Made by a program: the position numbers and the translations under genes
NCBI GenBank assembly: GCA_046861385.1
Contig: JBHHTW010000003.1
Span: forward strand, 64,001-128,000
From: Fidelibacterota bacterium
Lineage (GTDB): Bacteria > Fidelibacterota > Marinisomatia > Marinisomatales > TCS55
Direction of reading: 5' to 3'
DNA: 64,000 bases
Shown here: one piece after another, positions 49,901 to 59,159 of the stretch
Position numbering within the stretch: position 1 is the stretch's first letter
Layout: the number at the start of each line of letters is the position of its first letter
Notes under the pieces: generated by a model
What the model was told of the DNA's origin: nothing
The model's input: only the letters and a program-made list of their open reading frames with translations
Databases searched by the model: none

Positions 49901-49961
49901 TTAAGATTAAGAAAATTATAAAGACAAGAAACGCCTTTTTTCCATTCATAGACAAATTCAT
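46944..49961 (-). CDS. TonB-dependent receptor with N-terminal carboxypeptidase-regulatory-like domain
   Basis: GITGKINGHV, ISIITGGLSAEYGNAQAGIINIVTK, YIQDKME..GLVVNAGIRLD, SPRIG, NLFN, PREIKIGIRSSF. Confidence 0.93.
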   Translation of the reverse strand: MNLSMNGKKAFLVFIIFLILIPLNLIGGITGKINGHVKDSKGQILSGTNILLAGTNRGAAADKDGYFVILNVAPGSYSLTAQMIGYKSLTIKNIKVNPDRTSLVNFTLYEEAIEGEEVIVVAERPRVEVDRTYSEYIVSSEDIGRSVLVKNVEELIALEPGMDIGGRGMIRGGDMNSIAADVVYYVDGVKMISNDGLSLLNYNGAGKYDIESISIITGGLSAEYGNAQAGIINIVTKEGTDIFHANIEYTNELSGKHHWGPNYFDSPEHRGHMHWDNAEWVNEIDSLTGNLVHKKIDYVQNWGGAIQGNLAGPITKNISFFLGGRTSNEAVNEISPLSHAADNFNGTWKLSINIHPKIALKFGGLYSSSWGFNSGGGTAGIRSGGQNIFLPMNEAAAGKTVNTDKMNYLSFTHMLSEKTYYELRISNSVNTQTPEDTPDSTTGIQKDKDNWFYLPRKINAFTKGQRIRFGVKFDFSTQLNQNNFLKTGFDYTEYNVWAVNYNDILNRRSFSFIGDHHTLESPVKPKQFAWYIQDKMEYKGLVVNAGIRLDRFDPSTEYPVTTAMGASDFFFNSFTRFNYDSLNAFGLLKKVEPITAWSPRIGVAHPITDRSMIHFFYGHIYQLASFYTLFGEYWSNDGSRDKDINGNGISDPTEEYNTIEEGNFGNPRLQYEKTISFELGFDWNFYADYVLALSTFYKSSNNQVSSPGSVQLNWWDPAKQMFDFQFTHMAGNGIHEDIQGFELSLKKNFNRNFGFKLSYNLQWAVQGEAGIGSQFWIPDSQFIANGHFWTQYSVNEDGSENPRPLFPFFLVNSYASKANTFIDSLRSLGLEVHQLDSTGLWVVEFWGGTEEQPKPEADIRSYGKAQLFFATPDKFGPWGLLGDITINMIYKMSTGTPFDYSPPGKPNEWRNGPLTTQTDLSFEKIFFKKGNYRATLFVQITNLFNQRDIRGDGSFKSIYGPEYIRWGMETPRPDNELYQEYGDFYANSRYHGTPREIKIGIRSSF

Positions 49962-49972
49962 AGGATATCAGA

Positions 49973-50005
49973 ATCAGACCGCCCCGATTTCCGGGGCGGT
50001 CTGAT
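49973..50005 (-). terminator. Perfect 14-bp GC-rich hairpin without a U-tract (weak terminator or mRNA-stabilising stem)
   Basis: ATCAGACCGCCCCG-atttc-CGGGGCGGTCTGAT between the 50012 stop and the TBDR start. Confidence 0.55.
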
Positions 50006-50011
50006 AGGATA

Positions 50012-51007
50012 TTATTTTATGAGCAGTAATTTTCTGGTTTGAGTAAAACTGCCTGCTTCAATACGATAAAAGTAAACTCCTGACGGCATATCTCCGGCAT
50101 CCCACACGGCTGAGTGTGTCCCGGGTGTAACCACCATATTTACCAAAGTGCTCACCTCTTTTCCCAAAACATTGAATACGGCAAGTTTAACCGGTCCTAT
50201 TTCAGGAATCGTATAGTTAATGTGTGTAACCGGATTGAATGGGTTTGGATAATTTTGATTCAACTCAAACCCTTTAGCGATCGATGCATTATCATCAATT
50301 CCGAGAGGGGGTGATTCGTTATAGTAAACATCGTCAATGTGAAGCGCGCTGGAATCATCATCAAAGACCCCAACCAAAACCAACATGGGTGCCGGATCTG
50401 TAACATTGTCTGTTGTGAACACAAATTGTGCCGTATCTGTTGGAGCTGAACCATCTGCAAAAGCCCAAACAGAAACAGTATCGCCCTTAGTTACAATTTT
50501 CTTCCAAAACCATTGATTGTATACAATAGCATCATTAATAACAGGACCGCCCATTTGATCCAATTGAAAATAATAACTGCCAACCCCGCTTATTACTGGT
50601 GATACAGCAGCAGTATAAACATTCAAGTTTGTTAAAAAATTAGGGTCAATAGCGATAGCAACATGAAATTGATCCCGGTCGGTTGGTGTTCCTGTTGTGG
50701 ATATTTTCAATTTTATCCATATTTCAGAATCGGTTGGCGTAATGGGTGCATTTGCATCAGTCGATTGATCGATTTGAAGCCAACAGGAATTATTATCAAA
50801 GGGATCAGTGCCGGGATCGGGAACGGTAAGCATTAGTTCACCTCCAGATACTTCAACACCTCCCCAACCCCACCATGTCCAGCTCATGTCACTGTTAACA
50901 GCTCCTGTAATTGCAGGAGTAGCGTCAGTCGAAAAACTCTCATGCCACCCGAATATAGTCGTCTGTATAATCATAATAGTGATCACTGCTAATATCGTTT
51001 TCTTCAT
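50012..51007 (-). CDS. Secreted beta-sandwich protein with NYPNPFNP-type (T9SS type A-like) CTD
   Basis: Signal peptide; strong SD AAGGAG; CTD LNQNYPNPFNPVTHINY..VFNVLGKEV..W..SGVYFYRI..KLLLIK. Confidence 0.85.
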   Translation of the reverse strand: MKKTILAVITIMIIQTTIFGWHESFSTDATPAITGAVNSDMSWTWWGWGGVEVSGGELMLTVPDPGTDPFDNNSCWLQIDQSTDANAPITPTDSEIWIKLKISTTGTPTDRDQFHVAIAIDPNFLTNLNVYTAAVSPVISGVGSYYFQLDQMGGPVINDAIVYNQWFWKKIVTKGDTVSVWAFADGSAPTDTAQFVFTTDNVTDPAPMLVLVGVFDDDSSALHIDDVYYNESPPLGIDDNASIAKGFELNQNYPNPFNPVTHINYTIPEIGPVKLAVFNVLGKEVSTLVNMVVTPGTHSAVWDAGDMPSGVYFYRIEAGSFTQTRKLLLIK

Positions 51008-51038
51008 TGTTATCTCCTTGGTTTGTTATCTCTGCTAT

Positions 51039-51758
51039 TTAATATTTATATGTGAGTCCTAATTCAAATGTTAAAAATTGTAATGGCACAACTTCAAATA
51101 AACCCCAGTCTTCGAATGAGCGTAAATAGCCAATAGAGGTATGATAATTAATGCTGAATAGGAGGTTCATTGTCTGATTAATTGATGAGTAACCGCCAAC
51201 GCCTAGGTTTCCACCCCAAGCGACTCGCCTGTCAGTAACGGGAGCCATTATTTTATTTTCATCCAATGGCTGTCTGTATTGCCCAGGATATATTAGACCT
51301 TTTACATGGTGAGTATAATTGTAAAACCCAATACCGTAAGTAATGGAAGGGTGGATTCTCCTACTAACCAAGTCAAATGTTTTCCCGGTAAAATATTTTC
51401 GTGTTTTTAGAATAAAATCATTCCAAATCATATTGGCATTTGCTTGGTTGCTGGAATAATAATTGTAGTCAACGATCCACTTGAATTTCTTATTTTCAAT
51501 TGATCCGTGGTTATATTTCTGATAATGAAATTCAAAAACGGTCTCTGTGCTTTCATTATTCTTAAAAGCGTATTGAATTCCAATAACAGGGGTGACGTTG
51601 TACCAATTATTTAAACCCAATATTGGAACACCCGTGCCGGTAAAAAAAGATATACTTTGATGTTTGTCAGGTAGTTGAGAGAATATAGATGAAGTGATAA
51701 TTACAGCGGTAAAGAGATAATTAAATTTGATTTTGGTAGATTTGATTCGTTCCTTCAC
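51039..51758 (-). CDS. Small outer-membrane beta-barrel protein (OmpA/OmpW-like)
   Basis: Signal peptide, amphipathic strands, C-terminal FELGLTYKY. Confidence 0.65.
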   Translation of the reverse strand: MKERIKSTKIKFNYLFTAVIITSSIFSQLPDKHQSISFFTGTGVPILGLNNWYNVTPVIGIQYAFKNNESTETVFEFHYQKYNHGSIENKKFKWIVDYNYYSSNQANANMIWNDFILKTRKYFTGKTFDLVSRRIHPSITYGIGFYNYTHHVKGLIYPGQYRQPLDENKIMAPVTDRRVAWGGNLGVGGYSSINQTMNLLFSINYHTSIGYLRSFEDWGLFEVVPLQFLTFELGLTYKY

Positions 51759-51839
51759 TTTGGTTTTTACTAAGCTGTAGTTGCTACAATGTAATTATTA
51801 AAACTTGTTTATATCAATATGTTCTATCAGCTGTACTTT

Positions 51840-54179
51840 TTACCTTTTTATGAGCCAGACTTCATTTAACCTTGACTGCAATCGCCAGTTAATGTCCGGT
51901 TCATAGGGAATCTCAAATGTTAACTTGATTGTCCCGGTCCGGTAGAGATCTTTTGAAATGGGAAATTCTTTTATTTCACCAATTCCTTTTCCATCAAGTG
52001 TAGGAAATATGTGTTTTCCGTTCACACTGACCAGACACTGACCATACCCGGTTGTCCGGAGGATATAAGTTGCAGTTGGGTCAATATGATCATATTGAAG
52101 TCCCACCGGCCAGTCCATTTTACTGACCCATGATTGGCGTACCCGAGCCATCCCATTATTCCACCACATAAAATCAGGATTTGGATTGGTAATCATGAGC
52201 GGATCTTCTGAGAACGGTTTTCCTCTCAAAACATGTTCTGACTTGGATATATTCCCTATGTCATCATAAAAACTTCCTGGACCCGGATGTTCCCAGGTAC
52301 GGATGATATCTAGCCGGGAAAGTTTTTCATCTTCAGACGTCATTTTCTCTATTTCAGCAAACTGATCTTCGATCCACCAACGATTATTCAACGGATAGTC
52401 AATATAATCCAGAACGGCACTTCGTTCCGGGTTACTGGCACCATATTTTGGCACACTGCTCTGGTAGCCCATATTCTCATATAATGTGCCACAGAGAGCA
52501 ATTATCTTTTGTCTGAATTCCGGGTGAATTGGATGATCGTCTACCCGGGCAAAAATGGCCCTGGCTTGTTCTATCGTTTGACCTGCTCCGATTTCCGGCG
52601 CTTTGCCTAAAAGAACATTCACTTCATTCTCCAAGCCCTGTTCATGAAGGAGTCTGGCCCTGATGTAGGCGTCATAATATCCTTTCAACTGGATGAACTG
52701 CCACCGCCAGGTATCATTCAATTCCGGATTAGATTGTTCGAGAGATTGGATTTCTTCCAGGGTGACATTTACTCCTGTATTTTCAACGAGGGGGCCTGAC
52801 CAATTGGATTCCAGGCTAAAAATCAATTGGGTGATTTTTGGGGAAAGAGCCGGGCTAAAAAAGAACTGAGAATACTCCCGGATTACATCCCGGACATCCA
52901 TTTGATGATCCCAACCGAGCAAACTGTAAACAAATTTGTTCACATCATCATGAATTCCGTCGGAATAGGTAATAAACCCATCAATATATTGTTCATTATG
53001 ATGAAAAATAGTGCTGTAATATACTGGTTCCGGATTGGTTCCTTCCCGACCGGAAGTAAATGCGAATGCAGGATCAATCCATACAGCGGGGTATTGAGCC
53101 CGAACCGTATGAGTAATATCGGGATAGTCCCGGAGTAAATATTGTTTTGGTAATTGTTCACGGAGATAAGGCAGGGGAGGGCTGGACGGCCCGCCGACGG
53201 CTCCCCCAAACCACGATGGTTGATACTCCTGAATCCATTGGAAAAAATACAGAATCTCGTCTTCCTCAAATCCCTGCAGGGACATCCAAATTTTGGTATG
53301 GGGAAAATGTTGTTTAAGTAATTCGGATATATCTTCCAGAAAGGGCATCACATATTTAGGGTGATTATTCCCCGGGTCGCCCCCAGGAAAAAAGACAGCA
53401 TCTAATTTTGTACATTCTTCATAAAAGGCTTCATTCTCCAGTAGATGGGCCGCCCGTTTATCCGGATCACTGAGATCCACAGTTGCTGGAGTCCATACCC
53501 AATACTGCATTCCATATTTACGGCAGATATTCCCCAGCACGCGGTTCATTTCCTTTTTAGGTAGGGGCATCAGGGGGCTTTCTCCCCCAGACAATGGAAT
53601 GTTCTCGATGGCATTCACGCCGAAAATAGCTAATTCCCGGATATATTGATCGTATTGTTCCGGCGTCCAGGCATCGTATGAATTGGCCGTAGGCCGATAG
53701 CCAAGCTGGTGGCCGCGGATACGATGATCTGGTGAGGATTGAATATTCAACGGATGATCCAACACAATTTCTCCAGGAGACATTTGAAGGGTTCGGAGCA
53801 ATTTCCCGACGCCATTCATAACCCCTTTAGGGTCAATTCCTTGAATGATGAGTATGTTATGATCCGTGGAAATTGCAAATCGACCGTTTTGTTCAGTGGA
53901 ATCTTGAAAGAAATCAGGTCCGGCTTGAATCAAAATCGCCTTTCCCTTTGTTGGGTGATCATTGGATATTTTCCAGCGGATTCCAGTTCGTTTTTCCACT
54001 TCTTCCACCAAAACCGTGACAGCTGTTTGTTCGACCAGAGGAAGGGTCTCATCTTCAATCACCACCGTTACCTGGGTCCAATGGGTGGCATTGGAAGGAT
54101 GAATATGTTGAGTGGGACGACATGAATTCCACAAAAAGAAGTAGAATAGGATCGGAAGGACATGATTCATTTTTTTCAT
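51840..54179 (-). CDS. Putative lipoprotein glycoside hydrolase: GH20/GH67-type N-terminal domain plus unassigned catalytic domain
   Basis: Lipobox-like WNSC; LVEEVEKRTG..IQGIDPKGVMNGVGKLLR..SP..RIRG; FFPGGDPG, YPDITH, YSDGIHDD. Confidence 0.65.
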   Translation of the reverse strand: MKKMNHVLPILFYFFLWNSCRPTQHIHPSNATHWTQVTVVIEDETLPLVEQTAVTVLVEEVEKRTGIRWKISNDHPTKGKAILIQAGPDFFQDSTEQNGRFAISTDHNILIIQGIDPKGVMNGVGKLLRTLQMSPGEIVLDHPLNIQSSPDHRIRGHQLGYRPTANSYDAWTPEQYDQYIRELAIFGVNAIENIPLSGGESPLMPLPKKEMNRVLGNICRKYGMQYWVWTPATVDLSDPDKRAAHLLENEAFYEECTKLDAVFFPGGDPGNNHPKYVMPFLEDISELLKQHFPHTKIWMSLQGFEEDEILYFFQWIQEYQPSWFGGAVGGPSSPPLPYLREQLPKQYLLRDYPDITHTVRAQYPAVWIDPAFAFTSGREGTNPEPVYYSTIFHHNEQYIDGFITYSDGIHDDVNKFVYSLLGWDHQMDVRDVIREYSQFFFSPALSPKITQLIFSLESNWSGPLVENTGVNVTLEEIQSLEQSNPELNDTWRWQFIQLKGYYDAYIRARLLHEQGLENEVNVLLGKAPEIGAGQTIEQARAIFARVDDHPIHPEFRQKIIALCGTLYENMGYQSSVPKYGASNPERSAVLDYIDYPLNNRWWIEDQFAEIEKMTSEDEKLSRLDIIRTWEHPGPGSFYDDIGNISKSEHVLRGKPFSEDPLMITNPNPDFMWWNNGMARVRQSWVSKMDWPVGLQYDHIDPTATYILRTTGYGQCLVSVNGKHIFPTLDGKGIGEIKEFPISKDLYRTGTIKLTFEIPYEPDINWRLQSRLNEVWLIKR

Positions 54180-54350
54180 GGTTAACGTCGAATGGGTTGG
54201 TTGAAGTTAATGGGTAAAAATCAATATTTAAGATCCTTATAATTTAAGAAATTTGTTTGCCAATGGCATATTTAGTTCCAAAATTAGGAATAACAAAGAT
54301 TCGTATTTCAATCAATTTGTGATAAATATATAACAGAAACCGATTTTATT

Positions 54351-54842
54351 ATGATTGTAGACAGTTGGGAAGAAGCAAAGAAATATGTGGAGAGTTGGAA
54401 ATCTGCCGGAGAAACCATCGTATTTACCAATGGGTGTTTTGATCTTCTTCACCGAGGTCATGTAGAATATTTAGAAGAAACTAAATCACTTGGTGATAAA
54501 CTGATTCTGGCACTGAACAGTGACCAATCCGTTCAAAAATTGAAAGGGAATTCACGTCCGATTCTACATCAGGATGACAGAGCAGTGATTCTTGACGGGC
54601 TGAAAGCGGTTGATCTGGTGGTGATTTTCGACCAGGAAACGCCGACCGAAATTATTGAATGTCTACTTCCTGATATTTTAGCAAAGGGAGGAGATTACAC
54701 CGCGGATCAGGTAATGGGCGCAGATGTAGTTAAAGCCCATGGCGGGAAAGTAGTTATTATTCCATTTAGGCCTAGCTTCAGTTCTTCGGATATAATTAAA
54801 AAGATTATAAAATTAACTAAACCAAACCTTAAGACACCTTAA
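54351..54842 (+). CDS. rfaE2: D-glycero-beta-D-manno-heptose 1-phosphate adenylyltransferase (HldC / RfaE domain II)
   Basis: VFTNGCFDLLHRGH, LNSDQSV..LKG..RP, PDILAKGGDY, SSS. Confidence 0.93.
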   Translation: MIVDSWEEAKKYVESWKSAGETIVFTNGCFDLLHRGHVEYLEETKSLGDKLILALNSDQSVQKLKGNSRPILHQDDRAVILDGLKAVDLVVIFDQETPTEIIECLLPDILAKGGDYTADQVMGADVVKAHGGKVVIIPFRPSFSSSDIIKKIIKLTKPNLKTP

Positions 54843-55401
54843 AACTTTACTCCATCTTCCGGTAATAATCGTTTAAAGTTCGTTTGCCCATTCAAGTTCG
54901 ACACCCGGTAAACGGACCCGGTATTGATGCGGTTCGCCATAGCCAATGCCCGATGGGTTGAACCTTTGACCAGATAAAAATTCATTCTCATCTCCGGGAT
55001 ATCTTACCGAAGTTCTTCACGGAAGACGAGAGTATTGGATTCGTATTTCCGCGTTCCTGCCAGGTGTTCCACATAATTATCTTTAATCAGATTCCATCCA
55101 TTTCCCAAAGTAAATAATCCATTGGATAACTACAAGATCGGGTCGTTTTTTTAAATGAGCCAGTATTTGAGCCAACGCATCTTCACCCATCGGTGGTGAA
55201 TAAAAATGCTTTTTCCAGTCAATGGAAATTGAATTTCGGCTGATCCGCCCAGGTAGACCACCCGGATGCGTCAGAAACTTCTGACAGCAGAAGGCGCTTC
55301 CAGGCTTGGTCCAGCTTTCTTGCAATGTGATAGATGTAATTTTCGCCAGCAGAGATCCAGCTTGAATAAATAAAGATAATCGCAATGATTGAAATTTTCA
55401 T
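54839..55401 (-). pseudogene. Heavily degraded remnant of a secreted protein
   Basis: Signal peptide MKISIIAIIFIYSSWISA, then protein-like segments in different frames (AWKRLLLSEVSDASGW; LSNGLFTLGNGWNLIKDNYVEHLAG; MNFYLVKGS..ALAMANRIN) with frameshifts and an internal stop; final TAA at 54839-54841. Confidence 0.55.
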
Positions 55402-55530
55402 GGTTGGAGTTTTCTTTGTATTCTATTGAAATAATACGTCATTATACATAATTGTATTTAATATTAAGCCAAAGGGGTTGAGATGACTGGAATTCGTTAC
55501 TTGAAATGAAATCGATAGAAAATATGTATA

Positions 55531-56499
55531 TTATAGTCCTATTTTTAAAATATCGTGGATATGTATCACACCGAATAAGGTATTTGGATTTTCTGGTTCC
55601 GTGACAAAAAGGGACGTAATACTGTATTCTTCCATGAGTTCCAATGCTTTAATCGCCAGCGTATTTGACGGTATTTTTTTTGGAGATTTACTCATTAAGA
55701 ATTCAGCTGTTTTACTAAAAATATTTTCTCCTCCTCGTTCGATTCCCCGGCGGATATCCCCATCGGTAATGATACCGATTAATTCATCATCATCATTGAT
55801 GACTCCTGTCATTCCAAATCCCTTTTCCGACATGGTCAGGAGCGCCTCCTGAATGCTGGTATCTTTATAGACAAGGGGGATATTTTTTTGATTGTGAATA
55901 ATCTTATCTAGAGTCAGTAATAATTTTTTCCCCAGGTTCCCGCCCGGATGACGGATGGCAAAGTCTTCTTCCTTGAAGCCTTTTTTCTCCATAATGGAGA
56001 TTGCCAGAGCATCCCCCAGAACCAGAGTAGCTGTGGAGCTGGAAGTCGGAGCGAGTCCCATGGGATCCGCTTCAGACCGGACACCAATATCCAGATGAAT
56101 TTGACTGATGTTTGACAGGGGAGAATCCGGATTTCCGGTAATGGTCATCATTTTGGCTCCAATATGTTCAATGGGGGGAATGAGTTCCAGCAATTCTTTA
56201 CTTTTCCCGCTGTAAGATATGAGCACACAAACGTCTTCTTTGGTAATCATTCCCAAGTCGCCATGCCCGGCATCACAAGCGTGCATGAAAAATGACGGTA
56301 TCCCTAAACTGGAAAAAGTAGCAGCACATTTTCTCGCTACATGTCCGGATTTTCCAAGGCCTAAAAAGATCACTTTTCCGGTGGCGTTGGCTATCGTATC
56401 AGCTGCCTGGCTGAAATCTTTTCCCAATGATTTTTCTAATTCCGCCAACGCTAGGATTTCTTTTTGAATGACTTTTTTCCCGGATGTTAAATATTCCAT
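55531..56499 (-). CDS. kdsD: Arabinose-5-phosphate isomerase (KpsF/GutQ, SIS + 2 CBS)
   Basis: GLGKSGHVARK, GHGDLGMI, SYSG, APTSSST, FAIRHPGG.LG, GIITDGDIRR, HIHDIL. Confidence 0.95.
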   Translation of the reverse strand: MEYLTSGKKVIQKEILALAELEKSLGKDFSQAADTIANATGKVIFLGLGKSGHVARKCAATFSSLGIPSFFMHACDAGHGDLGMITKEDVCVLISYSGKSKELLELIPPIEHIGAKMMTITGNPDSPLSNISQIHLDIGVRSEADPMGLAPTSSSTATLVLGDALAISIMEKKGFKEEDFAIRHPGGNLGKKLLLTLDKIIHNQKNIPLVYKDTSIQEALLTMSEKGFGMTGVINDDDELIGIITDGDIRRGIERGGENIFSKTAEFLMSKSPKKIPSNTLAIKALELMEEYSITSLFVTEPENPNTLFGVIHIHDILKIGL

Positions 56500-56533
56500 A
56501 TTGTGTCCAATTATATCATGAGAATTTAAATGA

Positions 56534-57754
56534 TTATTTTAGTAAAATCAGTTTCTGACTTTTACTAAAACTTTCGCTTACCATTTGCAAAATATAGACT
56601 CCGGTGGGGACGGAATTTCCAGACTCATCGTGTCCATCCCAAGTTAGATTATAAGTCCCCGGTTGATATTTTTTTGTCTCAGACATGATTTCCTGACCGA
56701 GGAGTGTATAAATTGTAAATGAAATATTCGATTGTTTAGGTACGCTGAAATCCACATGTGTCACAGGATTGAAAGGATTCGGATAATTCTGACTTAAAGA
56801 ATATTCTCTAAATGGTCTAGTATTATCCTGATCAACTTGAACATAATCCAGTCCTATAAACTCACTTACTCCACGAACTAAAGCATAAGCAGTCGAATCA
56901 TATGAACCAGCTTGCGCACAATTCATATCTTCGTAGGTTAATGCCATCACATTTTCGCCCTGAGTCATCCACCACCAGCTTTCCGGGTATTGATCGGGAG
57001 TACCCGATGTCCAACTGATAAAATAATTCCATGATTCAATACCGCCGGGGAAATAGGATTGGATTCCATTGATAAATTGCTGTTCAAGTAGTGCATAGTT
57101 ATTAGAAGTACCTTGGGTAGCGTGGTAAACGAAATAGCGAGAACAATTATAAGCGGAATGCATATTGAGAGCCACTTCTATCGGGTTACTAAGTGCCATA
57201 AGTTCAATGAAACGGTTTTTTAATACAATAACTTCTGGTTCCAAGATTGTATCATCCCAGCCGCTTTCAATATCTACACCGTTGGCATTCTCACGGGGAT
57301 AACCCAATTCCACTCCATCCGGATTAAACATTGGAATAATGTGAAAAACACAATTTGCCCGTACAAATTCAGCAAAGGGCATTTCAGAAAGTAATAAATT
57401 GATAATTTCATTGGTAACCCAGAAAGATTCTTCTTCTCCGGGATGGGTTCTGGCATGAATATAGACCCGTTTTAAAGATGAGGTTTCCAGATGATTTTCT
57501 GTAATTGTTAATTCCCATATGGCACGGTTTTGCGCAGTAGCTCCCAAGGAATCGATTAGGACATACGGGCTGTCCCCCCAACGATTCAAGTCGACGAGTA
57601 AGCTATCATAACCATACCCCCAATTTTGGTCAACCATATGAGTAATATCCTCATGATCCGGAATTAATCCGCATTTATTATCATCCTGCTGATAAATAAT
57701 AGCTTGTCCAATTAAAATAGAATAGAAGTAAATAATTGCAGCAATGTGCCTCAT
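56534..57754 (-). CDS. Secreted M14 zinc carboxypeptidase with NYPNPFNP-type CTD
   Basis: ARTHPGE (HxxE), PMFNPDG, RENANGVD, LNMHS, TYE; CTD LSQNYPNPFNP...KLILLK. Confidence 0.88.
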   Translation of the reverse strand: MRHIAAIIYFYSILIGQAIIYQQDDNKCGLIPDHEDITHMVDQNWGYGYDSLLVDLNRWGDSPYVLIDSLGATAQNRAIWELTITENHLETSSLKRVYIHARTHPGEEESFWVTNEIINLLLSEMPFAEFVRANCVFHIIPMFNPDGVELGYPRENANGVDIESGWDDTILEPEVIVLKNRFIELMALSNPIEVALNMHSAYNCSRYFVYHATQGTSNNYALLEQQFINGIQSYFPGGIESWNYFISWTSGTPDQYPESWWWMTQGENVMALTYEDMNCAQAGSYDSTAYALVRGVSEFIGLDYVQVDQDNTRPFREYSLSQNYPNPFNPVTHVDFSVPKQSNISFTIYTLLGQEIMSETKKYQPGTYNLTWDGHDESGNSVPTGVYILQMVSESFSKSQKLILLK

Positions 57755-57773
57755 TATCTGATTTCCACTATAA

Positions 57774-59144
57774 TTATTTTTTTACTTTCCATAAATAATA
57801 GAATGTACCGCTGGCTGTTAATGCGATTCCGATCAAAGAAGGTATAAACGCCGTCACCAAAGTAATAATGAAGAATGCGGAATAAAGAATCAGAACAATG
57901 ATCATGCTCCAAGGATAAAAAAGCGCTTTATACGGACGCTTCTTATTCGGCCATTTTTTCCGAAGAATATAAATCGCACCAAAGGTCAGTAGGTTAAAAA
58001 TTGTGCTGGTCGCAGAAAAGAAATCAATAATCATTTCATAAGCATTGGTCCCGCTTGATCCAGAAGAAATATAAGTTGAAACCACCGCAAAAATAAGTAA
58101 AACCGTTGCCCAGATTCCCTGTCCTATCAAAGCGTTATTCGGTGTTTTAAATACCGGATGGAGTTTTTTAAACTTATTAAAAAACAATCCGTCTCTGGCC
58201 ATGGCATGCCAGGTTCTGCTTTTACATAAAATTTGTGTGCTGATATTTCCAAAAGCATTTACAGCGACAGCAAGTGATATGAGAATTCCACCCGTGGCTC
58301 CCAGAACGACTTTCATGGCTGCGGAAGCAACCCATTTATTTTCTATTATGGCATTCACATCTAATTGATATAAATATCCCAAGTTGGCTCCTAAATAGAG
58401 AAGCATTACTCCCCCGATTCCCAGGAAAAGAGACAGGGGTAATGTTTTTTGGGGATGTTTCACTTCCTCTGCCAAATAGGTTGCACCTTCCCATCCGCTA
58501 AAGGCAAAAAATGAATACCGTAATGCAGCGCCAATAGCAAGAATGGTCGGCCAGCCAAAGGAATCCGGCCACAATGGATTGGTAAAATTTTGGATATTGC
58601 CGGTTGAAAAGGAAGTTAAAGTAATACCGATGATGGCTCCCAACGCGCCAATTTTTATCGTACTGAAAAAGATTTGAAATTTTCCACTCATTCTGACACC
58701 AAAGAGATTGATGCCCGTCAAAAGCCATATAGTGATAAGGGCAATAATAAATGTGAGTGTCAGGCCGAATGGTGTTCCAACCAAAATTTCTGTAATGGCA
58801 TTCAAGTATTCAGTAAAAACCAAAGCAACTGCTACTATTGAAGCTGTTTCAGATACAAAAAACATTGCCCAGCCTCGAATGAAAGCGATGTAGGGGCCAT
58901 ATGCTTCCTTCAGAAAAACATAGGGACCGCCGGATTTGGGAAGCATCGCAGTGAGTTCGGCATAGATTACTGCGCCAAAAATGGTAATGATTCCGCCGAT
59001 GACCCAAACCAGACCAAATAGTGATGTACAACCCACCAAAGCCATAATGGGTGCAGGCGTTCGAAAAATTCCTGAACCAATAATCCGACTAATGACGATA
59101 GCGACAGACTCTTTTAGCCCCAATCCTTGTTTGTAATCAGTCAT
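57774..59144 (-). CDS. APC-family amino acid/peptide permease
   Basis: IIGSGIF, AELTAMLPKSGGPY, FAFSGWE, AEEVKHP, AMARDG. Confidence 0.93.
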   Translation of the reverse strand: MTDYKQGLGLKESVAIVISRIIGSGIFRTPAPIMALVGCTSLFGLVWVIGGIITIFGAVIYAELTAMLPKSGGPYVFLKEAYGPYIAFIRGWAMFFVSETASIVAVALVFTEYLNAITEILVGTPFGLTLTFIIALITIWLLTGINLFGVRMSGKFQIFFSTIKIGALGAIIGITLTSFSTGNIQNFTNPLWPDSFGWPTILAIGAALRYSFFAFSGWEGATYLAEEVKHPQKTLPLSLFLGIGGVMLLYLGANLGYLYQLDVNAIIENKWVASAAMKVVLGATGGILISLAVAVNAFGNISTQILCKSRTWHAMARDGLFFNKFKKLHPVFKTPNNALIGQGIWATVLLIFAVVSTYISSGSSGTNAYEMIIDFFSATSTIFNLLTFGAIYILRKKWPNKKRPYKALFYPWSMIIVLILYSAFFIITLVTAFIPSLIGIALTASGTFYYLWKVKK

Positions 59145-59159
59145 AATAAAAAATGAAGC

